Assembly: GCA_002269645.1 (NCBI GenBank)
Contig: NIVC01002869.1
Coordinates: 1 to 64,000, forward strand
Direction: 5' to 3'
Length of the DNA stretch: 64,000 nucleotides
Origin: Macrostomum lignano
Taxonomy: Eukaryota
Positions 13,100 to 26,039 of this stretch are shown in pieces. Positions within the stretch are counted from its first letter, which is position 1. Each line of letters begins with the position of its first letter. The translations under genes were made by a program, and so were the position numbers. The notes beneath the pieces were generated by a model, which worked only from the letters and a program-made list of their open reading frames with translations, was not told the origin of the DNA and did not search any database.

Positions 13100-13920
13100 T
13101 TCAGGTAAGTCGCAAAAAGGATCAGGTAAGTCGCAACAGGAATCAGGTAAGTCGCAAAAGGGTTAGGTAAGTCGCAAAAAGGATTAGGTAAGTCCCAAAA
13201 AGGATTAGATAAGTCGCAAAAAGGATTAGGTAAGTCACAAAAAGGATCAGCTAAGTCGCAAAAGGATTAGGTAAGTCGCAAAAAGGATTAGGTAAGTCGC
13301 AAAAAGGATTAGGTAAGTCACAAAGGGTTAGGTAAGTCGCAAAAGGATTAAGTAAGTCGCAAAAAGGATTAGGTAAGTCGCAAAAAGGATTAGGTAAGTC
13401 GCAAAAAGGATTAGGTAAGTCACAAAGGGTTAGGTAAGTCGCAAAAGGATTAAGTAAGTCGCAAAAAGGATTAGGTAAGTCGCAAAAAGGATTAGGTAAG
13501 TCACAAAGGGTTAGGTAAGTCGCAAAAAGGATTAGCTAAGTCACAAAGGGTTAGGTAAGTCGCAAAAAGGATTAGGTAAGTCGCAAAAAGGATTAGGTAA
13601 GTCGCAAAAAGGATTAGGTAAGTCGCAAAAAGGATTAGGTAAGTCGCAAAAAGGATTAAGTAAGTCGCAAAAAGAATTAGGTAAGTCGCAAAAGGGTTAG
13701 GTAAGTCGCAAAAGGATTAGGTAAGTCGCAAAAAGGATTAAGTAAGTCGCAAAAAGGATTAGGTAAGTCGCAAAAAGGATTAGGTAAGTCACAAAGGGTT
13801 AGGTAAGTCGCAAAGGGTTAGGTAAGTCGCAAAAGGGTTAGGTAAGTCGCAAAAGGATTAGGTAAGTCGCAAAAAGGATTAAGTAAGTCGCAAAAAGGAT
13901 TAGGTAAGTCGCAAAAAGAA
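13100..13920. repeat. 21-23-bp minisatellite inside the hAT element
   Basis: Unit ggattaggtaagtcgcaaaaa, roughly 35 copies. Confidence 0.95.
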
Positions 13921-14087
13921 GCAACTAAGTCGCAATAAGAGGGAAGTAAGTCACAATCAGAGGCAATCAGGGGGTAGTAGGTGCAAGTGTGGCAGGAGAG
14001 CAAAAACAGAATAGAAGCCTTCAACCACAGACAAGATCTTTGAAATCAGAAGCCCGCGTCATTTCTTAAACTCTGGAGCAGGGGTTG

Positions 14088-14126
14088 GCAAACTCCGGCT
14101 CGCGAAGCCCCTCTATCTGGCCCTCG
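14088..14126 (+). mobile_element. hAT-Charlie-like terminal fragment nested in the hAT element
   Basis: caggggttggcaaactccggctcgcgaagcc...atctggccc resembles the 5-prime end of Charlie/MER58-type MITEs (from memory); no partner end found. Confidence 0.35.
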
Positions 14127-14184
14127 CCCCTCGGGTTCTTTGAAACTTCCTAACTACGAGTAGCAAGGTTGGTGTCTCTTCAAC

Positions 14185-14812
14185 TCTCATCTCTCTCTTC
14201 TTCTCTACCTTGCCTCCCCTCTTCTCTCTCTCCCCCTTTTCCCTCTTCTCTCTCCTCTCATTTTTACTCTCCTCTCTTCTCCCCCTTTCTCTCTACCCTT
14301 TCTCCTCAATGCCCTCTTCTCTCCTCTTATCTTCAGCAAAAATATGTGCATATTTTCTTACTTCAAAGTAGAGGGAATAGAAGATTAGAGATAAGCAAAC
14401 AGAGGAGAGGCGAGCGATGCGATGGGAGAAAAGATAGAAGAGGAGAGAAAAGCTGAGGGAGGAAAAAGAGATGAGAGAGAAGATCAGAAGAGAGGAAAGA
14501 GGAAAGAGGAGAGAGTAGATGAGAGAAGAGAGGATAAAGAGGAGATGAGAGGAGAGTGAAGAGAGGAGAGATGAGAGAGTAGAAAAGAGAGGAGAGATAA
14601 GATGAGAGAGTAGAGTGGAGAGAGACGAGAGGGAAGATAAGATGAGAGAGTAGAGTGGAATGGAGAGAGACAAGAGGAGAGATAAGAATGTAGAGAGGAG
14701 ACAGAAGAGATAGGAGAGGAGAGGAAAGAGAGGAGAGAGGAGAGGAAAGAGAGAAGGGATAAGGGATGAGAGAGAAAAGAAAAAGAGGATGAGAAGATTG
14801 AGGAATGGAGAG
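14185..14812. repeat. CT-rich tract (14185-14330) followed by AG-rich tract (14400-14812)
   Basis: Direct reading; low complexity. Confidence 0.85.
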
Positions 14813-15447
14813 AATTTGCAAAGGCCTCAAATCTTAGTTTAACATGCATCACTCCCATCTTTGCCTTTTTCCTAACTGTTAACAAGTTTTTGTTTGAGCA
14901 TGACTTCAAATTTAGAATCTATGCAAAAATAGTTCCGGGAATTAGAATTCAGTGGTTTAAAAATCTGTGGGTTTTCACAGCTTGTATCTCTACTGGATTC
15001 GTATTCTGCATCTGATGAGCCATCTGAATCAGGGCTCTCATCTTCCATGCCAAATCGTCTAGCAAATCGTTCTTGAGCTATAGGTCACACTGTATTCACT
15101 TCACTTACTTCTGGACATTCATGAATCATGACTTTTGTAGTATGCTCACTACACTGTACTGACAATTTACCAATTGCTTCATGCCGCCACTAGATGACAT
15201 ACTGATTAGCTGTTATAAAAACGCGGAATCTGCACGCAGCACTAATTAGCTGGCGAGGCATTTAGCTTTAAAAATATGGTCATAGTTACTCCTGCCGTTT
15301 ACCTAAAGTTTTTGCTTGGCTCTTTCATAGGTAAGTCGCATTTTTTATCGAAAACTAAGTCGCACGGCCAGCGTAATTTCAGAAGTTGCGCATGTATGAA
15401 AGTAAAAGTACTTATAGAACACACCTCCTATCAAAATGATGGTGTAA

Positions 15448-16016
15448 GACCAAGATGGCCACATACCAAGATGGCCCAACATTGAATAATTATTATATCT
15501 ACTCTCTTTCCATCTATCATTAATTAGCAATATAATATATTATTTTTTTTGTTTAATCAATTATATTCATAAATACTAATACAATAGATTTGAAACTAAT
15601 TAGGCTACTTATAATACAAAACCTTCAATCTTTTTTAGTGTTTATGCCAATTTATTATCTATCATTACATCTATCAAATCTATCACAATTAGTTTATTAA
15701 GAAACTATTGCTAATGGTAATGCTAGCTATGCAAATAATTAGGGATAAATATATGAATGTCATAGGGTATTTATTTTGTACTAGGTTACTTGCTTCATGT
15801 AGTAGATAAATAGATAGGCCCCTATAGGTCAGGTTACAATAAAAGCTAGGCCTAAGTCCAAAGGGAATAATAATTATAATATAATTCTATTATAATATCT
15901 ATTTTCCTAATTATTAAAAAAGGAAAGGAGTTAAATATATGTACCTAGTCTTATTATTATCTATTTAGACATTTAGAGCTGTGGCCATCTAGGTAGCCTA
16001 TGTGGCCATCTTGGTC
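15448..16016. mobile_element. MITE-like element
   Basis: Perfect 18-bp inverted repeat gaccaagatggccacata (15448-15465 and 15999-16016) around an AT-rich core; TSD not identified. Confidence 0.5.
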
Positions 16017-16084
16017 ATGCGCCAAAATGACACTGAAGCCTAGACTATTTCAAAAATCATTTTGTGGAATATACTCTACACAGA

Positions 16085-16934
16085 TGTACGCAAATTCGGC
16101 AACAGAGACTCACAATGGACCAATTTGGCAAAAGCGAATTCGGCGACAATCTAGGCAAATTTGGCGACACGCCTTTTTATAGCTAGCCAAAAGACAAGTT
16201 AAAACAAATTACATATAAAAAGGCTTTTTTACAATACAGGATAAAGTTACCTGTTACAATACAGGTAGGGTATAGGGTGCATACTGAGTTGTTTATGTAT
16301 AAAATATACAGTTAAAATGTACATGTATCACTGCATGACTAGCAATAACTGAGATCATGTAAATGATAATGCATGTACATGTACAGTAAATGTACATATA
16401 TATACTGTAAAATGCGAAAAATATGCAATATATCAGCAGACGCTTTTGCAGCTTTAAAGTGCAACAAAATTTACGAAAATTTACAGTTCCACATGTACAA
16501 ACTATCATGTTACATGTCCTACATGCATGGAACAGCTAGTTTTAACAAATTTAAATAGTTTTACATGTAAAAATTGTATAATATCACCGATAAAAGACAG
16601 TAATGAAGTTCTAAAAAAACTAAAATCAGAAAAAAATTTCAGAAGTAGGCACTTCTGAAATTTTGACTTCCAAAATTTTTTTGAAATTGAAATTTGCTCT
16701 AAAAAAATCCAAATTTCGGAAAATCGAAATCGAAATCGAAATTTCGGAACATCTCTAATTCCTTCCCCGACATTGTAAACAATTAATTATCCAAATCATA
16801 TGCAATTGTTTTTCCTTCATTAATTGTCGCCAAATTTGTCTAGATTGTTGCCATTGCTGAATTTGCTTTCGCCAAATTAGTCCATTGTGAATCTCTGTCA
16901 CCAAATTTGTTTGTTGCCGAACTGGTCAGCACCC
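16085..16934. mobile_element. MITE-like element with long imperfect TIRs (Mutator-like)
   Basis: About 80-bp imperfect inverted arms (about 16090-16170 and 16826-16920); flanked by direct repeat actctacacaga (16073-16084 and 16935-16946). Confidence 0.6.
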
Positions 16935-18881
16935 ACTCTACACAGAATGATTTCTTCAAGTCAAGCTTGTGCAGGCCTAGTTAAGCATTTAAAATTCTTA
17001 AATACACTAAGAATAGTGTAATAGTATAAATATGGCTGAAAATCATAAAATACACTATAATGAAAATGAAGTGTTATTAAGCTAGCAGCTGTCTAAATTG
17101 ATATTAGTTTTGCACTTAGCTTGTTTGAAAAGAAATAATATTGATAAGCGATAGAACAGAATCATAAGACACAAAGCAACTTACAGTATCAAGGTATGTA
17201 TCAAGGCGAAGAAAAGATGCCATGCTTTTTCAAATATAGGACTTACTGCAACTATAAAGGTGTAAGGTTTGTATAAGATTAAAATTTTTAAATTGAAAAA
17301 GAACTTTTGCAGCTTTGAATCTATTAGAAGATAGTTGCTATGCCTATTACTAACAGTGAGCCAGCCAGAGTTCACTATATCCACACGCCGAGTGTGACCA
17401 ATTGGAAGACTTTCTAAGAAACCTGCAAACGTGCATTAGAACGAGAACAAATAAGTATGTGTTTAAACCTATATAATTTTATCTATTATATTGATAAATT
17501 TTAAAAGTTCAGATCAATTCTCTAGCGTTGATAGTCAAAAGTTAAATCTAGTGCTCATTTCGCGCTTTGTTAAAGTGTAAATATTAACAAAACGGATCCG
17601 GGGTCCGGGTTGTAACGTTACCCCTTGTGACTGAGCGGTGAGCGCCATATTTTGTACGTCAATTTCTAGCTAAAATATAACTATTAATTATTTTTCGTGA
17701 CTTATTTTCAATTATAGCAACTCACGCAGCAGTTCTGAGTACAATAGATCCAGGAATTTCATTATATGGCATCTTTTGCTTTTACATTATTTCATGGGCA
17801 GTTGTGCGTGGTCATGTAGACTTTAAGTTCCATGCAAGGACGAATTCACTAATGTTAATTGATTCTTAAGCTGCGCATACGGTGTTCTCATTTGTTTTTA
17901 TGTTCTCATACATGTCCATGATCGAAATGTCTCATTATAGTTTTGAAAAAAACATTTGCACTAACAATCGGACGTCGGTGGCAAAATAAGTTCTTTTAGC
18001 GGCGAACTCCTTTAGGTAAAAAAACTTGAGAAACTTAAACTTAAACAAATAATTTGCGAATTAAGCGAAAGGTAAGTTTTTGCACGGGCATTTATCGGAT
18101 GTACATGTAAAACCCATATGGTATAACCAATCCCCGGTGTCCGACAAATAGCAGAGGCGCGCTTTTTCTAAAAAGATATCGTGCAATATTGAGAGATGCG
18201 GAAAGACCTCCAGAGAATGCAGAACAGAAATCCACACACTTGTACAAATGTAGATCTAATAATTGCGCGGCTGCACCAGACCTTGATCAAATAGATTTGC
18301 CTATAGGCGAACCAAATCTAGCTAAACAGGTTCTCTTCTATAATGCTTAACTGCATTTCTCATGAAAAGGCAGTAAATTAAAAAGCCCTGCAGAACTTCT
18401 CTGTCACCAGACATTGCACTGTACACACATGCATACAGTTGGAATAAGCAACCAACTTTAGGGGGATACAAACGAATTACTGCTATGGATCGAATCGAAA
18501 AATCGCATTCTGTATTGCGTACATGCATCTCGTTGTGCACTCGATTGGATTACGTAATCAGCATATTCCGTGGTTAAATTCGCATAGATTATGAGCCGGC
18601 TTTGCTGAGAAATATTAGTTGCAAGGCACGAACCCGCGCGGCCTGCCCCTTTCGCAAGCTCGCTTCGATCTAAAAACGAACGAATGACAAAGCAAACACG
18701 TGCTCGATCAGCCAGGATGCTGTCAGTGTTAGCTTTGTCTGCACGCTTGCTGTGGGCTGCAGGCACGGCACTCGCTCTCCCTGCTCTCAATCACCACGCA
18801 AACAAAACTCGGCCTGCACGAGTCCCTGCCAGAGATTAGCACTCAGAAACAGAAATCTATCTCCAGCAACATCTATCAGCA

Positions 18882-19348
<467 letters not shown>

Positions 19349-19982
19349 GACACGCTAGTGCAACAATGCTTCGTGAATGCATTGCAAACAAGTCCAGTGC
19401 AGGTCTTTCATCGGACTAACTCAATTTCGTATGGCTTCGCTCCTCCCACCCCATACTGCCTCAAAGCAGACGGCTGAGCAGCTGTAGATGGTTCTGAGGT
19501 GTCGCAGAGTGCAATGGGATCCTTTAGAGAATGAAAGCCGGCCAAAGCAGACTGTGAGCGCGCATGCTAGAAACGGAGCCCCCGAGCCTGCTGAGGTCAC
19601 GTGACAGCCAAGGAGTTGAATAGGACTCAGCTATGGGGCCGCCAGTGCTACAGCCAGCCAGCATTAGCAGCTGGACCGGACTTGGCCCGGCTTTGGCGGC
19701 ATGAATTTGCGGAAGCCCTACCGGTATAGACAGGCGCCGCGCCAGCCCGCATGCTGCGAGGGATCGGGGAGGAGGCAGCGCAGGGGGGAGGGCGGCTTGC
19801 CCAAGGAGACCAGCGACCAGAATCTGGAGTGCGCATTTCACCCCTTTTTTAATTCAAGGCGCATAGCTTCGATAAGATTCTCGATAATTTCCAAACGGCA
19901 AAACCGATTTTTAATTATTCAGTTGTTTCATTTATGCGTCAGAAAAAGTTTATTTATGAAGTAGAAAAAATGATTCTGTATT

Positions 19983-20275
19983 CAGTGGCGTCGCCATGGA
20001 TTTTATGATGGGGGGGCAAAGCCAAGAGTTCAACATGCATGTAGATGACTAAATTCCTACATGCCATTATTTTGAGAATCGGTGTTGTCAGCGCTCATTT
20101 TAGCGCCGCAGTCACTCCTTTTAGCGCCGCAGGCACTCATTTTTGCGCCGAAGGCGCTATATTTTGGCGCCTGAAGAAAAATTATTGAATTCCACAACGA
20201 GTCGCAAGGTGGGGTGGAGGGACAAAGCATTGGCATGTCCCCTCAATAGCTTTTACTGGGGGGCCCCGGCTGTCT
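19983..20275. mobile_element. Possible degenerate MITE fragment
   Basis: Begins cagtggcgtcgcca...gggggg and has internal cgccg(c/a)ag motifs; resemblance to invertebrate MITE ends only. Confidence 0.25.
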
Positions 20276-21089
20276 GCATTTGTTTACGCGTTTTGCAAAT
20301 CAACCTTGAAAAGGAGTTGGCACTCCAGACCCTGGTTTGCAGGCCTCCTTGGTCCAAATAAGAACTCAACTAGAAATCGAAGAATAAGAAAGAAGAGGCC
20401 ACCGGGAAGGAAGCTAAGCGGTAGATTTTCCTCTGTGGCAGAATTGCAGGTATTTGTCATTTCTCTTTCTAACTCTATATTGGATTTGCCGGATTCCAGA
20501 TGGCCTTCGTCAGTCAGCTGCTCTCTGTAGCTTTTCAGGCGGCTTGGCTTCCGTTTCTGCTCCTGCTGCGAGTAGACAGACAAGATTTATGGCTCAAAAC
20601 GATATATTGAAGCTAACGATTGGTCTAAATATTCCAACGCTTGGCAGTTCGGAAGTGACACTGACGCCTTCCAAGCACGGGTCTGACTGATCAATTCACC
20701 CTTTGACAAGTAGATAAAAGATTTCTAATGATTTCAATTTCCGCTCTCTTCTATCACTTTAGTCAGTCAAAAAATTAGAATTCGATATCGTGTTTGATTA
20801 AACTACTCACAAAACTCAGTAGTATGCGGATGCATGCAGCCTAGTCTGTCTTCGCTTCGCAGCTTAGTAGTTCCAGGGACCAATGAGAAGCCTTCCAGAA
20901 GCCTCTCTATTGGCTCATACTTGTGAGAGAAAGATTCTTCTTAAGCACAACCGATCGCTTTCGTATTAATTCTACCCCTCACCCACGCCGAACTATAGGG
21001 ACCCTATACACAGCGAAACCAAGCAAAGACGGAATTAAACTCCTGAGCCAACTCAATAGACTAATCTCAACCAGGCGGCCAGGGCTATC

Positions 21090-21809
21090 ATGACCAGCAG
21101 ACAGTTGGAATGCGAGCTCAAGTGCCCGCTCTGCCGCAGGTGGCTCAACCAGCCAGTGCTGCTGCCCTGCGGTCACTCGCTCTGCAGCGCCTGCTGCCTC
21201 GGCAGCTTTCAACAGCAGCAGCAGCCGCCACCGCATCAGCACCAGCAGCAACAACAACTGGCGGAGGCAGCGGCTGACAACTCCGACCAGGCCTCGGTGC
21301 TGTCTGAGGCGGACTCCGGCGTCTCCATACCGTCATCTTCGTCTAGCGGCGGCGGCGGCGGCGGCGGTGGGGTCGGCTTCCTCTGCCCGACCTGCCGGCG
21401 GCCTGTGTCGTTGCAGCAGGCCGCTCTGCCACCGCGCAATCCGGCGCTGGAGCGGCTGGTTGCTAAGCACGCCGCGGCCAGCAGCCAGCCGTTGCTATGC
21501 TCAGCGTGCTCCCCAACTGAAGAGGCTGGCGCAGCTACAATAGTCTGCGAACAGTGCGAGATGTACTTTTGCGACAGGTGCTCGGGCAGGACTCACGACC
21601 AGCAGCAGCAGCACCACCTGTTGCCCGCTGCACTCGGTCGGGACCTGCTGAGCCAGAAGCAGCTGCACAGAGCGGCTCTGTGCCAGACACACCGTCAGGA
21701 GCTGCTGACTCTGTACTGCCGCACCTGCTGCGTCGCTCTGTGCGGCAACTGCGTCGGTCACGCCGGGCACGAGCTCGAGCCGCTGCAGGCCTGCTGCAAG
21801 GCGCGAAAG
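21090..21809 (+). CDS. TRIM9: TRIM9/TRIM67-family E3 ligase exon 1 (RING, B-box1, B-box2); join(21090-21809,28803-28898,32059-32292,33365-33524,34605-34744,37804-38167,43542-43849) = 2022 nt, 673 aa
   Basis: CPLC..CGHSLCSAC..(long insert with SEADSG)..CPTC RING with the subfamily-typical insertion; two B-boxes; donor AAG/gtttgg. Confidence 0.92.
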
Positions 21810-22169
21810 GTTTGGCACTGAGACTCAACTAAGGGGCGGATTAAGTCAATCAGTTTCAGCCTATGTGTAATTTTGGCCTCGTTGCCTGACCGTGTAGAGA
21901 GGCGAGTAGAGAGTGACGATCAAAGAGAACCGCCTTGACCTCCGCCTGGCAATAATGGGCTGTTGGGTGCCAAAAATAAAGCCTAACTGGCTTTTAGTTT
22001 TACAGTTTCAAAGCCCCTGGAGAGGGTGTGAGACCAGGCCGGGGCCACTCACTGCTCTCCGGCTTCCTCTCTTTCATAGTGACTTTTACGTGTATTCAAG
22101 TTTCAGTTCTCGCTTGGCCCACACAACTCATTGTTTCAATATTTCTCACTCCAATTGTGCAAGCAGACT

Positions 22170-22207
<38 letters not shown>

Positions 22208-22850
22208 TCCATTCCTCATAATAGCATTAAAGCCCAGTGCCTCCCTGCAACCGGCAGTTCACGCCTGCCTGCATGGTAACAACAGAAACTGCTGAGTCGC
22301 TTCTTGCTTTGAGTGCTCGGGCAAGAAAATGGTTTGAATGCTGATATTAACACATCTCACACATTTCTGATAGCTAATATGCTGTATGGCTATTCATTCT
22401 TGGTGGCTCAAGCAATAAATACGGTGGCAGACGCAGTGGCGCCGCAGATACCACTTCGGGTGCAGTCAACCGCCGGCCCATGGGCTCTCATTATGTGCTT
22501 CTTCTCTCGTTAACGATATACTCTGCCAGCTGCTACTGCCAGCCAAGAGCAATCAAATTTGTGTGCTCCTATTGACATTGGAAAAGTGGCGCCTTCCAAC
22601 CTCGGTTTCGAACAAAGAGCTTGACTGGCGATTGTCACTCTCGCCTCTTTACTAATTAAACGCGTATATTTGAGAAGTTGTGTAGACAATATTTGAGTTG
22701 ATTGAAACCTTCTATATAGTACGTAGATACCATTCTCAAACTAGTGCACAAACGCGTTTAATAGCTCTTTAATAGACTTCAACTAAAAGATCTTAAATGC
22801 TGTGTTTGAATGTACGAACAAAGTGGATTCAAGCTTTCAAATACATAATT

Positions 22851-23625
22851 AGTTACAGAAGAGTGCAACACGATGTAGATCACACTTGCATCGAGTTACA
22901 GAAGAGTGCAACACGATGTAGATCACACTTGCATCGAGTTACAGAAGAGTGCAACACGATGTAGATCACACTTGCATCGAGTTACAGAAGAGTGCAACAC
23001 GATGTAGATCACACTTGCATCGAGTTACAGAAGAGTGCAACACGATGTAGATCACACTTGCATCGAGTTACAGAAGAGTGCAACACGATGTAGATCACAC
23101 TTGCATCGAGTTACAGAAGAGTGCAACACGATGTAGATCACACTTGAATCGAGTTACAGAAGAGTGCAACACGATGTAGATCACACTTGAATCGAGTTAC
23201 AGAAGAGTGCAACACGATGTAGATCACACTTGAATCGAGTTACAGAAGAGTGCAACACGATGTAGATCACACTTGCATCGAGTTACAGAAGAGTGCAACA
23301 CGATGTAGATCACACTTGAATCGAGTTACAGAAGAGTGCAACACGATGTAGATCACACTTGAATCGAGTTACAGAAGAGTGCAACACGATGTAGATCACA
23401 CTTGAATCGAGTTACAGAAGAGTGCAACACGATGTAGATCACACTTGAATCGAGTTACAGAAGAGTGCAACACGATGTAGATCACACTTGCAACGGGTTA
23501 TAGAAGAGTGCAACACGGTGTAGATGACACTTGCAACGGGTTATAGAAGAGTGCAACACGATGTAGATGACACTTGCAACGGGTTATAGAAGAGTGCAAC
23601 ACGGTGTAGATCACAATTGCATCGA
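22851..23625. repeat. 43-bp minisatellite, about 18 copies (TRIM9 intron 1)
   Basis: Unit gagttacagaagagtgcaacacgatgtagatcacacttgcatc. Confidence 0.95.
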
Positions 23626-24247
23626 GTTATGGCATAAGCATCTGGGCCAGAGCATTTAGATATTTGTAGCCAGATTGGTCTGCTAGGAACTGCAGTAAAA
23701 ATCCACAATATTTGCAACAAAAAACCTAGCTTGCTTGTTCACATCCCAGCAAAGCTCACACAGAACATAGCAAGAGTTTGCCATGCAATTTGTCAGCGGA
23801 TCTGCTGAGCTTTCTGGTTAAGAGTTCCTACCAAACCATGGGGCATCGCTGCTGCTTGCAGAGCAATCATCCAGCATGCTAAGCAACTCCCTAATCCGAT
23901 ACATTCACACTTCTGTGCAGTCAAGCGAACACATTTGCTGCCTGAATCTCGTCAGTCAGCAGATCAAACAGATTTCTCATAGCCGCTTCTTTCTGTGGAG
24001 CGAAATCGATGTGCTGTACTGTCATGTAGCTGATGGTAGAAGAGAATTTCTCGGAAAAGGGATTGATATGACATTGAATGCTTGCTTATTATATTAATAG
24101 AGTAGCCAACCTGAACAGATGCTAACACAAAACAGCAATTATGATTTATAGAAAATTAGCTAGGGATTAGGTAAACTGGTTGAGCGGGGCTTGGTTAGAA
24201 GAGGGAAATTCTGATAAAAGAGTGAAGAGAGAGAGAGTTGGAGGGGA

Positions 24248-24412
24248 AAGTCAAATGGGAGAGTCAGATGGGAGTCAGATGGGAGAGTCAGATGGGAGAG
24301 TCAGATGGGAGAGTCTGTTGGGAGTCAGATGGGAGAGTCAGATGGGAGAGTCAGTTGGGAGAGTCAGATGGGAGAGTCAGATGGGAGAGTCAGTTGGGAA
24401 AGTCAGATGGGA
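24248..24412. repeat. 13-bp minisatellite
   Basis: Unit gggagagtcagat. Confidence 0.9.
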
Positions 24413-24774
24413 CAAACATCGATAGAAGCCATGACAGGAACACCATGCAAATGACAGATTCCAAAGAGCAAAACATTCCAAGAAAGGCAGGGAATGTTGT
24501 GAATCACCAGCACATACCACCGTCAGTCGGTGAGCAATGTTATCGCATTGGTAGAGCTCAGAGCCAAGTGAAGTTTTCCAATGCGGTACAAATTTTCAAA
24601 TTCGTCACGCACTCCAGCAACAGAGCCCGCGGGCCTCACCGCGGTCCTCTCCCTCCAAGCGATTGCGGCGCATTTGTGTCGCGTATTATCGATATGTTCT
24701 GCTTTGGGGACTTATCTGCCTTATCTGAAAGATTTAGGACAGGGTTGTCTTCAGTGTGTAAGGATTTAGGACAG

Positions 24775-25262
24775 GGTTGTGTCCTCAGTTTGGCACTCTC
24801 AAGACATGGAGTAAGACATTGTTGTGTCCTCAGTGTGGCACTCTCAAGACATGGAGTAAGACATTGTTGTGTCCTCAGTGTGGCACTCTCAAGACATGGA
24901 GTAAGACAGGGGTTTGTGTCCTCAGTGTGGCACTCTCAAGACATGGAGTAAGACAGGGGTTTGTGTCCTCAGTGTGGCACTCCCAAGACATGGAGTGGGA
25001 CATTGTTGTGTCCTCAGTGTGGCACTCTCAAGACATGGAGTAACACACTGTTGTGTCCTCAGTGTGGCACTCTCAAGACATGGAGTAAGACAGGGGTTTG
25101 TGTCCTCAGTGTGGCACTCCCAAGACATGGAGTGGGACATTGTTGTGTCCTCAGTGTGGCACTCTCAAGACATGGACTAACACATTGTTGTGTCCTCAGT
25201 GTGGCACTCTCAAGACATGGAGTAGGACATTGTTGTGTCCTCAATGTGGCACCCCAAGACAG
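24775..25262. repeat. Minisatellite of about 45-47 bp
   Basis: Unit tgtgtcctcagtgtggcactctcaagacatggagtaagaca plus a variable linker. Confidence 0.9.
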
Positions 25263-26039
25263 GGACTAAGACAGGGTTGCAGTCCTGGAGGAAACCCAGG
25301 GAAAAGGCCACAGCAAAAGCTGGCATAAATGACTCACTACTCATATTCCGGTATATCTCGTGTGCCACTTCCTGGTCCAAAACCGCTGGCTCAGCCGCCC
25401 CCCAGTGAATCCTCAACAAGCTGTAGAATCAAAGTTAATGAATCCGCGCCCGCTAAGACAGGGCTGACTCACGGGCAAGGGTGGATATAATTTATCACTA
25501 AAACTATAAGAGCTCACTTAGCTCTAAAGCAAATTTCTAAATAGCCCTGAGGGACTGAATGTCTACTCAATGTCTACAAAAACTCTGGAATAGTCTGGGG
25601 TGGAACATATTTATAATTGGTTGCTCCAGATATTGCTTGCATGCGGAAACAACAAATACGAATGAATTATTGACGGCGGTCCCACCCCCCCCCCCCGCTA
25701 TCGTTTGCATCTCGTGGCTCACGCGTGACTCATCCACGCCAGATGATGAACAGCTGAACCGATGAGGCTGAGAGGCTGAGACTGTATTGGGATATCAGTA
25801 GCTAATAGTAAGAGGGCGTAATTATTCCACTGCAATTATTTTGTCAATGTGTAATCGATACATATTAGTGTTGCTTAACTGCGTGCGTTGAAATCTCGGC
25901 TGAGGTTCCATATCCATATTGAACTCATGCCATGCGGTTTTCCCGATTTCTGAGCGGCTGCTCAAATCCTTTTTCTCTGCAGAGGGGAGGGGTTTTGGGG
26001 AGGGGGAGAGCTTCATATTTCGAAATTGTAAATTACCAA

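Larger units (their letters stand above)
12889..15398. mobile_element. Non-autonomous hAT-type DNA transposon (2510 bp)
   Basis: Perfect 15-bp TIRs CATACATGCGCAACT (12889-12903 and 15384-15398) flanked by an 8-bp direct repeat AAAGTAAA (12881-12888 and 15399-15406); no transposase ORF. Confidence 0.85.

Noticed and set aside
17355-17455. Exon-like segment readable on both strands (GFLESLPIGHTRRVDIVNSGWLT on -, DQLEDFLRNLQTCIRTR on +)
   Set aside because: Not phase-compatible with the candidate PCID2 first exon, and no recognisable homology.
22851-23625. CRISPR-like appearance of 29-54-bp arrays
   Set aside because: Units are head-to-tail with no unique spacers, there are no cas genes, and the context is eukaryotic introns.
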